A stretch of DNA of 64,000 nucleotides. Origin: Halarcobacter sp. GTDB lineage: Bacteria > Campylobacterota > Campylobacteria > Campylobacterales > Arcobacteraceae. Shown in pieces: positions 1-9,691 of the stretch. The notes below the pieces were generated by a model, which saw only the letters and a program-made list of their open reading frames with translations, had not been told where the DNA came from and did not search any database. Each line of letters starts with the position of its first letter. Positions within the stretch are counted from its first letter, which is position 1. The stretch covers positions 736,001-800,000 of the forward strand of contig OY781089.1 in the NCBI GenBank assembly GCA_963676565.1. The letters are read 5' to 3'. The translations under genes were made by a program, and so were the position numbers.

Positions 1-2
1 AA

Positions 3-404
3 AAGTCTGACATAGAAAATAGAACAAAAAGTGCAATTAATTATATTAATCAATTTATCCCAAGTTTCAAAAATGTAGAGGTTGCTTCTAAACCTTTATA
101 TGGAGCTCAACAAATCCCAGGTGATGAGGTTAGTTTAAGAACCGCTGATGTATGTTTTGAGAGTGAAAGATATGCAAGATGTGAGATTGTAAAAGCCTCG
201 TCGGTTTTAACCATGAGTGATATGATAATCAAAAGTTTAATAAATCTTTCTGCCCTTCCTAATGATATTTATAAAAATAGAACTCAAATTTTTGATAAGT
301 TTCAAAATAAAGAGAAATTAGATTCTTTATCAAAAGAGATTGCAAAACAAAGGGATTATCCAGAAGACTTAGCAATGCTTATAAATGACAAAAAACTTAA
401 TTAG
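3..404 (+). CDS. FAD-dependent oxidoreductase, C-terminal part (5'-truncated by window edge)
   Basis: Frame is open from base 3 (KSDIENRTK...PLYGAQQIPGDEVSLRTADVCFESERYARCEIVKASS) and continues into the 213..404 ORF; resembles the C-terminus of DAO-type FAD oxidoreductases. Confidence 0.55.
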   Translation, partial: KSDIENRTKSAINYINQFIPSFKNVEVASKPLYGAQQIPGDEVSLRTADVCFESERYARCEIVKASSVLTMSDMIIKSLINLSALPNDIYKNRTQIFDKFQNKEKLDSLSKEIAKQRDYPEDLAMLINDKKLN

Positions 405-413
405 GCCTAATAA

Positions 414-1262
414 ATGATACAAATAGATATAAAAAAACAGCTTCATGGCTCAAACGGTCAGATGCTTTTAGATGTAAACCTTGAGATAAAAAAAGGGGAC
501 TTTATAGCATTAAGTGGTTTGAGTGGAAGTGGAAAGACAACACTTTTGAGAATCCTTGCTGGACTTGAAGATGGTAATGGTGTAATTAAGATTGATGATA
601 AAATCTGGTTAGATGAAAAAATCAAACTTCCAACACAAAAAAGAGAGATAGGTTTTGTTTTTCAAGATTATGCCTTGTTCCCTAATATGACAGTTCTTGA
701 AAACCTACTTTTTGTAAAAAAAGATTTAGACTTAGCAAATCATTTACTTGAAATTACAGAATTAAGTGAATTAAAAAAAAGATTACCAAATATGTTAAGT
801 GGTGGACAAAAACAGCGTGTTAGTTTATGTAGAGCTTTGATGAATCGACCAAAACTTTTACTCATGGATGAGCCTTTGTCTGCTTTAGATCCAGCTATGA
901 GAACAAAACTTCAAAATGAGATCTTGCAACTACATAAAGAGTTTGAAACAACTACAATTATGGTAAGTCATGATCCAAGTGAAATATATAGATTAAGTAA
1001 TCGTGTTTTAGTTTTAAATCAAGGAAAGATTATTGATGATGGTGATGCTAAAAAAGTACTTCTAAAAACAACAGGTAGTGCAAAGTTTTCCTTTGAAGGG
1101 GAGCTTTTGGAAATTGTGAAAATGGATGTGATTTATGTGGCAATTGTATCTATTGGACAACAATTAGTTGAAATTGTTATTAGTCAAGAGGAAGCTTCTA
1201 ATCTTGAAATTGGACAAAAAGTAAATGTAAGTACAAAAGCATTTGCTCCAATAATCTCTTAA
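414..1262 (+). CDS. modC: Molybdate-type ABC transporter ATP-binding protein with C-terminal TOBE domain
   Basis: Walker A GLSGSGKTT, LSGGQKQR signature, DEPLSALD; C-terminal TOBE-like segment; nif context. Confidence 0.8.
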   Translation: MIQIDIKKQLHGSNGQMLLDVNLEIKKGDFIALSGLSGSGKTTLLRILAGLEDGNGVIKIDDKIWLDEKIKLPTQKREIGFVFQDYALFPNMTVLENLLFVKKDLDLANHLLEITELSELKKRLPNMLSGGQKQRVSLCRALMNRPKLLLMDEPLSALDPAMRTKLQNEILQLHKEFETTTIMVSHDPSEIYRLSNRVLVLNQGKIIDDGDAKKVLLKTTGSAKFSFEGELLEIVKMDVIYVAIVSIGQQLVEIVISQEEASNLEIGQKVNVSTKAFAPIIS

Positions 1263-1294
1263 TCTACAAAATTGTAAGTTAAAATAATAGTTCA

Positions 1295-1310
1295 AGGAAC
1301 ATCATTTGCA
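1295..1310 (+). promoter_or_regulatory. sigma54 -24/-12 promoter
   Basis: AGGAACATCATTTGCA = GG-N10-GC, upstream of the small ORF at 1334. Confidence 0.7.
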
Positions 1311-1333
1311 TTATCCTTATTAAAAAAGGAGAG

Positions 1334-1432
1334 ATGATGTTTTTACTTGAACAATTTCTATTACCTGGTATTTTAGTGTGTTACACAGCAGGTGTAATTA
1401 TTTATACAAATTACAAATACAAAAACTCATAA
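1334..1432 (+). CDS. Small single-TM protein (31-32 aa), absent from the ORF track
   Basis: AAGGAG RBS then ATGATG; MMFLLEQFLLPGILVCYTAGVIIYTNYKYKNS*, hydrophobic core with basic tail. Confidence 0.65.
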   Translation: MMFLLEQFLLPGILVCYTAGVIIYTNYKYKNS

Positions 1433-1438
1433 ATTCAG

Positions 1439-1454
1439 TGGAACACTTCTTGCA
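1439..1454 (+). promoter_or_regulatory. sigma54 -24/-12 promoter
   Basis: TGGAACACTTCTTGCA. Confidence 0.8.
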
Positions 1455-1490
1455 TATATCTTTATAACCTTTTGTAAATTAGATTTCATT

Positions 1491-1528
1491 AGAGTAAGGA
1501 ATTAATGTCTCCTTACTCTTTTGTTTTT
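1491..1528 (+). terminator. Rho-independent terminator-like hairpin
   Basis: AGAGTAAGGA-loop-TCCTTACTCT followed by TTTGTTTTT. Confidence 0.65.
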
Positions 1529-1591
1529 ATACAATATTTACATTAGTGAAAGTAGTCTCTTAGAATTGGGACAATTTATGAGGATATTTTT

Positions 1592-2701
1592 ATGGCTGAA
1601 GCTACATTTGATGACACATTAAATTTTGCAAAAAAATTCAAAAATTATAAAGACTTTTATATAAAACACAACAATTTAATATTTTCTAAACTTGGTCTTG
1701 GAACTTTTAATAAAGAACCTTATAAAGAGGAGAATTATGTATTTCATTATATTGAAGGTGTAAAAGAAGCTATTAGAAGTGGAATAAATCTCATAGATAC
1801 AGCAAGTAATTATAGATATGGACAAAGTGAAAAAGAGATAGGAATAGCATTAAAAGAATTATTAGATGAAGATGAGATTAAGAGAGAAGAGTTAATAATC
1901 TGCTCAAAGGGTGGTTTTATACAATTAGATTATCCCTTTCCTGAAAATCCTTATTTATGGATTGATGAAAATATTATACAAACTAAATTAGCAACAAAAG
2001 ATGATATAGAATTAGACCAACACTGTATGACGCCAGATTTTTTAGAGTGGTCATGTAAAAAATCATTAGAAAATGTAGCAATAGATTGTTTTGATATCTA
2101 TTATTTGCACAATCCTGAGATGCAAATCTTAAAACTTGGTTATGACAAGTTCCTAAAAAAAATTGAATCAATATTTAAACGATTTGAAAAAATGGTAACT
2201 ATGGGGCTTATGAAAAACTATGGTGTTGCTGTATGGAATGGGTTTATTAGTGAAATTAGTGGAGAAAATATCAATTTAGAAGATTTGGTTAATATTGCCA
2301 GAAAAGTTGGTGGAGAAAACCACCATTTTAAATATATTCAAACCCCTTTTAATATTGGGAAAACTACAATTTACACAATACCAACACAAAAAGTAAATGG
2401 GGAAGAGTGTACTTTATTACAAGCTGCCCATAGATTGGGAATAGGTGTTGTTTCAAGTTCATCTTTGCTTCAAATGAATCTATTTAAAAAATCATTCAAA
2501 CCAGAAACTGGTTACCTATTAGATTCAAAAATGGTTTTAGAAAATGATATTCAATTAGCACTACAATTTGTACGTTCAACTCCAGGAATAATTAGTTCAC
2601 TTTTTGCTTCAAAAGCCCCTATTCATATAAAAAAGAACTTAGAGATTACAAAAATAAAAGCTACTCCTAGAGCAAATTATGACTTAATGTATAGAGTTTA
2701 A
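1592..2701 (+). CDS. Aldo/keto reductase family protein
   Basis: LGLGT, IDTASNY, ICSKGG, DIYYLHNP motifs. Confidence 0.85.
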   Translation: MAEATFDDTLNFAKKFKNYKDFYIKHNNLIFSKLGLGTFNKEPYKEENYVFHYIEGVKEAIRSGINLIDTASNYRYGQSEKEIGIALKELLDEDEIKREELIICSKGGFIQLDYPFPENPYLWIDENIIQTKLATKDDIELDQHCMTPDFLEWSCKKSLENVAIDCFDIYYLHNPEMQILKLGYDKFLKKIESIFKRFEKMVTMGLMKNYGVAVWNGFISEISGENINLEDLVNIARKVGGENHHFKYIQTPFNIGKTTIYTIPTQKVNGEECTLLQAAHRLGIGVVSSSSLLQMNLFKKSFKPETGYLLDSKMVLENDIQLALQFVRSTPGIISSLFASKAPIHIKKNLEITKIKATPRANYDLMYRV

Positions 2702-2711
2702 GAAGTTTGCG

Positions 2712-4358
2712 ATGATTTATGATGTAATTGTAGTTGGTGGAGGTGTAGCTGGACTTATGGCTGCAATTGAAGCTAAAACCCAAACAAATAAAGTGGCAAT
2801 AATTACTAAAGGTAATATCTTTAAATCAAACTCCTCTATGGCAAGTGGTGGAATTAATGCTGTTTTAGATTCAAATGATAAAGAAGCAATTCAATCCCAT
2901 ATAAATGATACTTACAAATCTTCCAAAGGCTTAGGAGATTTAAAATCAATTACATATATGTGTAATCAAGCTTCAGAGATTATATCTAAACTGGTAAGTT
3001 TCGGAGTCCCTTTTAATAGAAATGAAAAAGGAGATATTGCACAACGTCCATTTGGTGGTGCAGGGAAAGATAGAACTTGTTATGTTGGAGATAAAACTGG
3101 TGGAGCAATCACACAAGCACTTATAAAAAAAGCTAAATCATTAGGGATTGTTTTTTTAGTAAATAGATATGTTTTAAATTTAACTACCCATGAAAAAACA
3201 ATTAGTGGGGTTACTGTTTTAAGAAGAAGTGACTCAATGGTAATTGTTCATCCTGCAAAAGCAATAGTTCTTGCTGGTGGGGGTTATGCTGGGATTTTTA
3301 GAGGAAACTCGACAAATGCACAAGATTATACAGGTGATCTTTTAGCTGTTTGTTTAAGAGCTGGATTAAGTTTAAAAGATATGGAATTTATTCAATTCCA
3401 TCCAACGGGAATTGCTAAAACAAATTATCTAGTTACAGAAGCTGCCAGAGGTGAAGGTGGTTACTTAATCAATAGTGATGGTGAAAGATTTGTAAATGAA
3501 CTTGATACTAGAGATAAGATTGCAAAAGCGATATTAGAACAAAAACAAAAAGGACAAAAGGTATTTATTGATTTAAGACATTTACCCCTAGAAAAAATTG
3601 AAACAAAACTACCTTCTCTTTATTCTGTTGCTTATAATCAAGTTGGCGTAAATTTAAGTCAAGATTTACTTGAGATTAAACCAGTTGCCCATTATACAAT
3701 GGGTGGTGTTGAAACAAATATGACGAAAACAAAAATAAAAGGTTTATATGCCTGTGGTGAGATGGCTTGTGAAGGTCTTCATGGTGCAAATAGACTTGGA
3801 GGAAACTCTTTATTAGAAGGAACTGTCTTTGGAGAACTAGCTGGAAAAAAAGCTTTAGAGTATTCTAAAAAAACTGATTTTTTACCAATAGATTACAATT
3901 ATGTAATAAAAGATATTGAAAATATTGACAAGCTATTTCAAGGGGATACTTCAAAAAACTTTAATGCAATTAGAATCTCCCTTGGTAATTCTATGTTTAA
4001 TGATGTAGGGATTTTAAGAACTAAAGATTCTCTTGTTAGAGCATTTGATTATGCAAAGTATTTAAGAAATCAGTCTTATTCTCTTCATTGTATAAATAAA
4101 GAAAAAAGAAATAATGTGGAACTTGTTTCTATATTAGAGTTAAGAAATGCACTTGAGGTATCTGAAGCTATAATTTTATCAGCTAAAAAAAGAAAAGAGA
4201 GTAGAGGAAGCCACCATAGAAGTGATTTTACTAAAACAGATGAAAGTTTTTCCAAGTCCATTTTAGTAAAAGAGTTTCAAAAAGGTTTTTTCAAAGTAGA
4301 ACTTGAAGATAAAAGTTTTCTATCAACAGTTAGAAACCTTATAATAAATAAAGTGTAG
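2712..4358 (+). CDS. FAD-dependent oxidoreductase of the NadB/SdhA/FrdA family
   Basis: GGGVAG, QFHPT, TEAARGEGG, HYTMGG, LHGANRLGGNSLLE; SNSSMASGG lacks the covalent-FAD His of SdhA. Confidence 0.8.
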   Translation: MIYDVIVVGGGVAGLMAAIEAKTQTNKVAIITKGNIFKSNSSMASGGINAVLDSNDKEAIQSHINDTYKSSKGLGDLKSITYMCNQASEIISKLVSFGVPFNRNEKGDIAQRPFGGAGKDRTCYVGDKTGGAITQALIKKAKSLGIVFLVNRYVLNLTTHEKTISGVTVLRRSDSMVIVHPAKAIVLAGGGYAGIFRGNSTNAQDYTGDLLAVCLRAGLSLKDMEFIQFHPTGIAKTNYLVTEAARGEGGYLINSDGERFVNELDTRDKIAKAILEQKQKGQKVFIDLRHLPLEKIETKLPSLYSVAYNQVGVNLSQDLLEIKPVAHYTMGGVETNMTKTKIKGLYACGEMACEGLHGANRLGGNSLLEGTVFGELAGKKALEYSKKTDFLPIDYNYVIKDIENIDKLFQGDTSKNFNAIRISLGNSMFNDVGILRTKDSLVRAFDYAKYLRNQSYSLHCINKEKRNNVELVSILELRNALEVSEAIILSAKKRKESRGSHHRSDFTKTDESFSKSILVKEFQKGFFKVELEDKSFLSTVRNLIINKV

Positions 4359-4385
4359 ATAAATTTTAAAAGGAGAAAATTAAAA

Positions 4386-4595
4386 ATGGCAAAAGTTATG
4401 TTAAGAGAGAGTGAAGGGGTTATCTATTTTTATGTTGCAAAAAAAGATATGGAAGAGACAATAGAAACACTAGAGTTTGATAGTGAAGAGAAATGGGGTG
4501 GAGAGTGTGAATTATCTAATGGTGAAACATGGTGGATACAACCTGGACCTAAAAACTTACCTAAAGAAGAAGTTTGTAAAAAAATTGCTGACTAG
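4386..4595 (+). CDS. nifT: NifT/FixU nitrogen fixation protein
   Basis: VMLR..YVAKKDMEE..WGG...L.NG..W pattern; strong AGGAG RBS. Confidence 0.9.
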   Translation: MAKVMLRESEGVIYFYVAKKDMEETIETLEFDSEEKWGGECELSNGETWWIQPGPKNLPKEEVCKKIAD

Positions 4596-4625
4596 TTGAA
4601 TAAATATTCAGATTGACTAAATATT

Positions 4626-4660
4626 GAACAGTTTTTAATAACGAAACTGTTCACTTTCTT
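4626..4660 (+). terminator. Terminator-like hairpin after nifT
   Basis: TGAACAGTTT-N9-AAACTGTTCA then CTTTCTT. Confidence 0.5.
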
Positions 4661-4713
4661 ATATACTAATAATGTGTAGTAAAATCTAATTTAATCCCCA
4701 AAAAGGACGTCAA

Positions 4714-6261
4714 ATGGCATTAATGGACGACAGAGGGTCATGTGAAACCTGTGTTACGACAAAAGAGTTGACAACTTTATATGATATTGCAGCGATGATT
4801 ACAAATCAACACGATTTGCAAACATCAATTGAAAAATCTATGAAGATTTTAAAAAACTCTTTAAATCTTACAAATTGTTCAGTACATATCTTAGAAGATG
4901 AAGAGTTAAATGTTTTCGCTTCAATTGAGATGACAACAATTCAGAAAAAATTATCTACTTATAGAGTTGGAGAAGGTGCTACTGGTATGGCAGCACAATC
5001 AAAAGAACCTATAGTGATTGAAAATATACATAGTGATTCACTATATTTAAATAAATCAGGAAAAAAAGATTTTAATAACCTTTCTTATGTTGCTGTACCT
5101 TTAGTTGTTGAAGATACAACTATTGGAGTATTAGGAGCAACAATTACAAAAACAACAGAGATTGGGTTTGAAGATTGTGTAAGAATATTAACAATTATTG
5201 CATCACTTTTTGCCCAAGCAATCTATTCTTTTCAATTAAATACAAGTGAAAAGGAAAGATTAAAAGAATTAAAACTTTATTATAAAATGGAATGGGATTC
5301 AAAGGTTCATAATTTTGGAGATATTATTGGAGATAGCCAAAAAATGAATATAGTATTCCAAGTAATTCAAAGAATTGCACAATCAGATGTGACTGTCCTT
5401 GTTCGTGGAGAAACGGGAACAGGTAAAGAGTTGGTTGCTGCTGCAATTCATAAAAGAAGTAAAAGAAAAGAAGAACCTTTTATAAAACTAAATTGTGCGG
5501 CAATTACAGATTCTTTACTTGAAAGTGAACTTTTTGGTCATGAAAAGGGAGCTTTTACTGATGCAAGGGAAACTAGAAAAGGTAGATTTGAACTTGCAGA
5601 TGGTGGGACTTTATTTTTAGATGAAATAGGTGATATTTCAGCTTCTGCCCAAGTAAAACTATTAAGGGTTTTACAGGAGCGAGAATTTGAAAGGGTTGGT
5701 GGAAGTAAGACTATTAAAGTGAATGTTAGACTTGTTGCTGCAACCAATCGAAATTTAGAGCAAATGGTAAAAGATGGAAAGTTTAGGGAAGATTTATATT
5801 ACAGATTAAATGTTATCCCTATTGATTTACCGCCACTTAGAGAAAGGGGCGATGATATTAGACAACTAGTTGAATTCTTCCTAGAAAGGGCAATTAAAAA
5901 CCATAAAAAACCTGTTAGCTTATTGCCTGAAGCAATGGATATATTATGTAAATATCCTTGGCCTGGAAATGTAAGGGAATTAGAAAATACTATTGAGAGA
6001 ATTGTTTTAATGGGTAGTGAAGATATGAACAAGATGGATATGCTTTTCTTACTTCCAGCATTAAATGATTTAAATCTAAAAAAAGAGTATAAAACTATTC
6101 CAATGGAAAATAAAACATTAGAAGAGATTGAACAAGAAGCTATTGAAACAGCATTAGAAAACAATAATTTTAATCAATCTAATGCAGCTAAAGAACTTGG
6201 AATAACACTTAGACAAATGGGCTATAAAATCAAAAAGTATGGAATCTCAAATGAAATATAA
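4714..6261 (+). CDS. nifA: NifA-like sigma54 enhancer-binding protein (GAF-AAA+-HTH)
   Basis: N-terminal GAF, GETGTGKE, ESELFGHEKGAFTDA, WPGNVRELEN, Fis-type HTH; adjacent to nifT. Confidence 0.85.
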   Translation: MALMDDRGSCETCVTTKELTTLYDIAAMITNQHDLQTSIEKSMKILKNSLNLTNCSVHILEDEELNVFASIEMTTIQKKLSTYRVGEGATGMAAQSKEPIVIENIHSDSLYLNKSGKKDFNNLSYVAVPLVVEDTTIGVLGATITKTTEIGFEDCVRILTIIASLFAQAIYSFQLNTSEKERLKELKLYYKMEWDSKVHNFGDIIGDSQKMNIVFQVIQRIAQSDVTVLVRGETGTGKELVAAAIHKRSKRKEEPFIKLNCAAITDSLLESELFGHEKGAFTDARETRKGRFELADGGTLFLDEIGDISASAQVKLLRVLQEREFERVGGSKTIKVNVRLVAATNRNLEQMVKDGKFREDLYYRLNVIPIDLPPLRERGDDIRQLVEFFLERAIKNHKKPVSLLPEAMDILCKYPWPGNVRELENTIERIVLMGSEDMNKMDMLFLLPALNDLNLKKEYKTIPMENKTLEEIEQEAIETALENNNFNQSNAAKELGITLRQMGYKIKKYGISNEI

Positions 6262-6760
6262 AAATGAAGAGTTTCAACTAACTGATGAGTTTATAGATAT
6301 TGGTTATATGGCTGAAGAGATTGAAGCAGTTGATTTAGAAGGTAATGAGATTACATTAAAAAAAGCAAGTGAAAATAGAATGATTCAAATCTTTCTATCT
6401 TTCCCTAGTTTTGAAGAGTTTAAAGAAGAAATTTTAGCTTTTGACGAATTTATGGATGAAGCACAAGTTGAAATATTTTCATATATTTTATTTAATGAAA
6501 AAATTGAACTACCAAAATTTAAAAAACTTATTCCAATATTTGATATAAACCAAGATTTTGCAGATATGTATGGAACAAAAATAATTAGTGGAAGTTTAGA
6601 AAATAAACTTACAAAAGCATTGTTTCTAATAGGTAAAGATGGAGCAATTTATCATATAGATATGCCAGAAAATTTAGAAACTCCTTTTGATATGGATAGA
6701 ATCAGGATTGAGTTAAATAAAGTATATCAATCTTATACAGGTGTAGGATGTCACGGTTAG
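6251..6760 (+). CDS. Redoxin/thiol peroxidase (Tpx)-like protein lacking the usual peroxidatic Cys
   Basis: Tpx-like layout (IGYMAE..VDL, SFPSF, FADMYG, KALFLIGKDG.I); start likely ATG 6251 overlapping the nifA end; only Cys is in C-terminal GCHG. Confidence 0.55.
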   Translation: MKYKNEEFQLTDEFIDIGYMAEEIEAVDLEGNEITLKKASENRMIQIFLSFPSFEEFKEEILAFDEFMDEAQVEIFSYILFNEKIELPKFKKLIPIFDINQDFADMYGTKIISGSLENKLTKALFLIGKDGAIYHIDMPENLETPFDMDRIRIELNKVYQSYTGVGCHG

Positions 6761-6777
6761 TGATTTAATCCCAACAC

Positions 6778-7695
6778 TTATGCTATTGCCTGCTCTTTTA
6801 GATATTGAGCGTGGGCTTTAGGAGACATACCAAACATCCTTGAGTATTCTCTACTAAACTGAGATGGACTTTCATACCCAACTTCAAAGGCTACTTGCGA
6901 AGCTTCAATATTCTGATTTAAAAGCATCAATTTTGCTTCCTCTAATCTAATCTTTTTTTGAAATTGAATAGGGGTCATAGAGGTTATAGTTTTAAAATTA
7001 TCGTATAAAGATGATTCACTCATATCTATTAATTTTGCTAGCTCTTTCACATTTAGTTTTTCATTAAAATTTTCTTTTATTTTTGAAACAACTTTTACTA
7101 TTTTATTTGATATCGTTCCTTCCATTGCAAACTTATTTAAGAAATATCCACTTTCATCTTTTATCAAGATATAAAGTATCTCTTTTAAAATCAATGGAGA
7201 AAGGAAGTTAATCTCTTCTTCTGATTTATTAAGTAGTTTTACAAGTCTTACAATAGGCTCATAAATTCTTTCATTTAAATCATCAACAAATAAACCCTTT
7301 TCTATCTTTTTTGAAACATCAAATTTACTAGTATCTAATCTTTTTAGTACGTCATAAACCTCTTCAAGGGAAAATCTAATTCTTAGGGAAACATAGGGAA
7401 TCTCTTCTTTTGTACCTTTTATTCTAATTTTAGCAAAAAGGTTGGATGCTGATAAAAGATATTTTTGAGTATCATACCCTAAGGTCTCACTTCCAAAATC
7501 TATTGTTTTACTTCCTTGTAGAATAATACATAATGAAGGTTCATAGGCAATTGTATTAAACTCTGTTTCCCCTTGTGCAAAATAAAAATCTAATGCAGAA
7601 ATCTGACTTTGTAAGATACCTTCTAAATCTAAGGTATACTTGTTTTTAATGACATTTAAAAGTTCTTTTCTACTTTTTTCAATAAATTCTTTCAT
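6778..7695 (-). CDS. AraC-family transcriptional regulator (YqhC-like)
   Basis: YEPSLCIILQGSK N-domain; VGYESPSQFSREYSRMFG HTH; start at MKEF (7695) after AAGGA. Confidence 0.9.
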   Translation of the reverse strand: MKEFIEKSRKELLNVIKNKYTLDLEGILQSQISALDFYFAQGETEFNTIAYEPSLCIILQGSKTIDFGSETLGYDTQKYLLSASNLFAKIRIKGTKEEIPYVSLRIRFSLEEVYDVLKRLDTSKFDVSKKIEKGLFVDDLNERIYEPIVRLVKLLNKSEEEINFLSPLILKEILYILIKDESGYFLNKFAMEGTISNKIVKVVSKIKENFNEKLNVKELAKLIDMSESSLYDNFKTITSMTPIQFQKKIRLEEAKLMLLNQNIEASQVAFEVGYESPSQFSREYSRMFGMSPKAHAQYLKEQAIA

Positions 7696-7697
7696 CT

Positions 7698-9686
7698 TTA
7701 TCCTTCTAACCATGAACTTAAAGCTCTTGGTTTTCCAAGGTAATACCCTTGACCATAGGTTACACCAATTTTTCTTAACTCTTCGACATCCTCTTTTGTT
7801 TCCACATACTCTGCAACTGTTTCTTGATTTTTTAAACTAGCTATCTCTTGAATATATTTTATAACTGCTTTATCAGTTGGATCATTATGCATATCTTTTA
7901 CAAAACTCCCATCAATTTTAACAACATCAAAGGGCATACTTTTTAGATATTCAAAGGAAGCCATACCTGTACCAAAGTCATCTAATGCAAGTCCTATTTT
8001 TTTTGATTTTAAATATGAAATAAATTCATTTGCCATATTAAAACTTCCTATTGCAGAACTCTCTGTAATTTCTAATTCTAATTTTTCCCATGGAAAATCA
8101 AAATATTCAATTGCCTCTTTTACTTTTGCTTGGAAGTCTGGATTATTTAAACTTGAACCTGCTAAATTTATATGAGCACTATGTAATTTATTTATATGGT
8201 TTTTATCTTTAGTAACTGTTTCTAAATATGTCCAAAGTACAAAAGAATCAATGGCACTCATAAGTTGATATCTTTCAGCAGTACCTAAAAACTGGTCAGG
8301 AGATATGAAATTGTTATCTTTATCCCACATCCGAATAAGTATTTCATATCCTATATTATCACTTTCATATTGTAAAGGAACAATATCTTGTGCAAAAAGT
8401 TCAAATCGTGCTGGGCCATTACCCAAGGCTTCTTTTATTTTTTTTGCTGTGTCAATCTCTATTGAAACTTGTTTTGTTTTTTCATCACTCTTGTCATAGA
8501 TATGAGATTTATTTCGCCCTTTTTGTTTTGCAGTATAAAGGGAAACTGTAATCGCTTTTAATAATTCATTTAATGTAAATTCAAAAGCTTTAAAATGAAC
8601 TAAGGCAATACTTGCACTTACACTATAGGTTTCATTGTTATGGGAAAATCTAAAATCACTTAATGCTTCAAGACTTTTTTGTAAAAATTGTTCCCCAAAT
8701 TCCTTTGAAGTATTTTTAATTAAAACAGAAAAGCTATCCCCATCGATTCTTCCAAAAAGTGCATCTTTAGGGAGTATTTGTTTATAGTGATTTACAAGCA
8801 TCTTAAGTAAATTATCCCCCGCTTCATTCCCAACTGAATCATTTACAAGTTTAAATTGGTCTAAATCTATTAAATATGCATTATTTCCTTTTGTGTTGTT
8901 TTCTTCTTTTAGAGTCTCTTGCAAGGCTTTATCCATATAAAATCTATTATAAATACCTGTTAATTGGTCATGGTTTGCTTGAAATTGTAGTTTTTTAGAA
9001 GCACTTGAGATTTGCTCCATTTGATTATTAAAACCTTGAAATATATCTTTTATCTCATTACTTGCATTTGTTTTTATATATTTAATATCATTTTTAGTTG
9101 GATCACTCTTTTTCATCGCCTCTAAAAGGTTTAAAAAAGGTTTAGTATAGGTTTTACTAAAAAACATAGCTAAAAAACTTCCAAAGATTAATGCAAAGGG
9201 GAATATTGCCAGAATAGTATTTGTTATTTGTTCTTGTCTCATTTTAAAGCTTGTTAAATCAACATCTAAAATGGTGTAACCAAAATTGTAATTATCAATT
9301 ACTAAATTGTTTTTTATATATAATGATTCTTTGGTAAAAAAAGTGTTTGAAGTTTTTAAATACTTATTGGCAATATCTTTTTCTATATTTCCGTATTTGT
9401 AAATTGCATTATTTGATTCATTAAATACCATCATAGATTTTATATTTTTAAAGGCTTTTAGTCTAAAACTAATATCTGAAAGTAAATCAGCACTAGGGTT
9501 TAAAATATATTTCACAAAGTCATTATTTAAAGATTTTGTAATCGCTTTTGATTCAATAATTGCATTTTTGTTGTTCTCTTCTTTTTGTATTTTTAAAACA
9601 AAAAACATTGTCGCAGCTTCAACGGCAACAACAACAAGTGAGATAATTATAATTAGTTGAATCTTTATACTAAACTTATTCCACAT
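7698..9686 (-). CDS. Membrane-anchored GGDEF(degenerate)-EAL protein, probable c-di-GMP phosphodiesterase
   Basis: 2 TM helices, HAMP-like linker, DGDSF in place of GGDEF, EIL and DDFGTG/KIDGSF EAL motifs. Confidence 0.85.
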   Translation of the reverse strand: MWNKFSIKIQLIIIISLVVVAVEAATMFFVLKIQKEENNKNAIIESKAITKSLNNDFVKYILNPSADLLSDISFRLKAFKNIKSMMVFNESNNAIYKYGNIEKDIANKYLKTSNTFFTKESLYIKNNLVIDNYNFGYTILDVDLTSFKMRQEQITNTILAIFPFALIFGSFLAMFFSKTYTKPFLNLLEAMKKSDPTKNDIKYIKTNASNEIKDIFQGFNNQMEQISSASKKLQFQANHDQLTGIYNRFYMDKALQETLKEENNTKGNNAYLIDLDQFKLVNDSVGNEAGDNLLKMLVNHYKQILPKDALFGRIDGDSFSVLIKNTSKEFGEQFLQKSLEALSDFRFSHNNETYSVSASIALVHFKAFEFTLNELLKAITVSLYTAKQKGRNKSHIYDKSDEKTKQVSIEIDTAKKIKEALGNGPARFELFAQDIVPLQYESDNIGYEILIRMWDKDNNFISPDQFLGTAERYQLMSAIDSFVLWTYLETVTKDKNHINKLHSAHINLAGSSLNNPDFQAKVKEAIEYFDFPWEKLELEITESSAIGSFNMANEFISYLKSKKIGLALDDFGTGMASFEYLKSMPFDVVKIDGSFVKDMHNDPTDKAVIKYIQEIASLKNQETVAEYVETKEDVEELRKIGVTYGQGYYLGKPRALSSWLEG

Positions 9687-9691
9687 TATTT

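Noticed and set aside
1566..1582. Additional sigma54 promoter directly before the AKR gene
   Set aside because: TTGGGACAATTTATGA lacks the invariant -12 GC.
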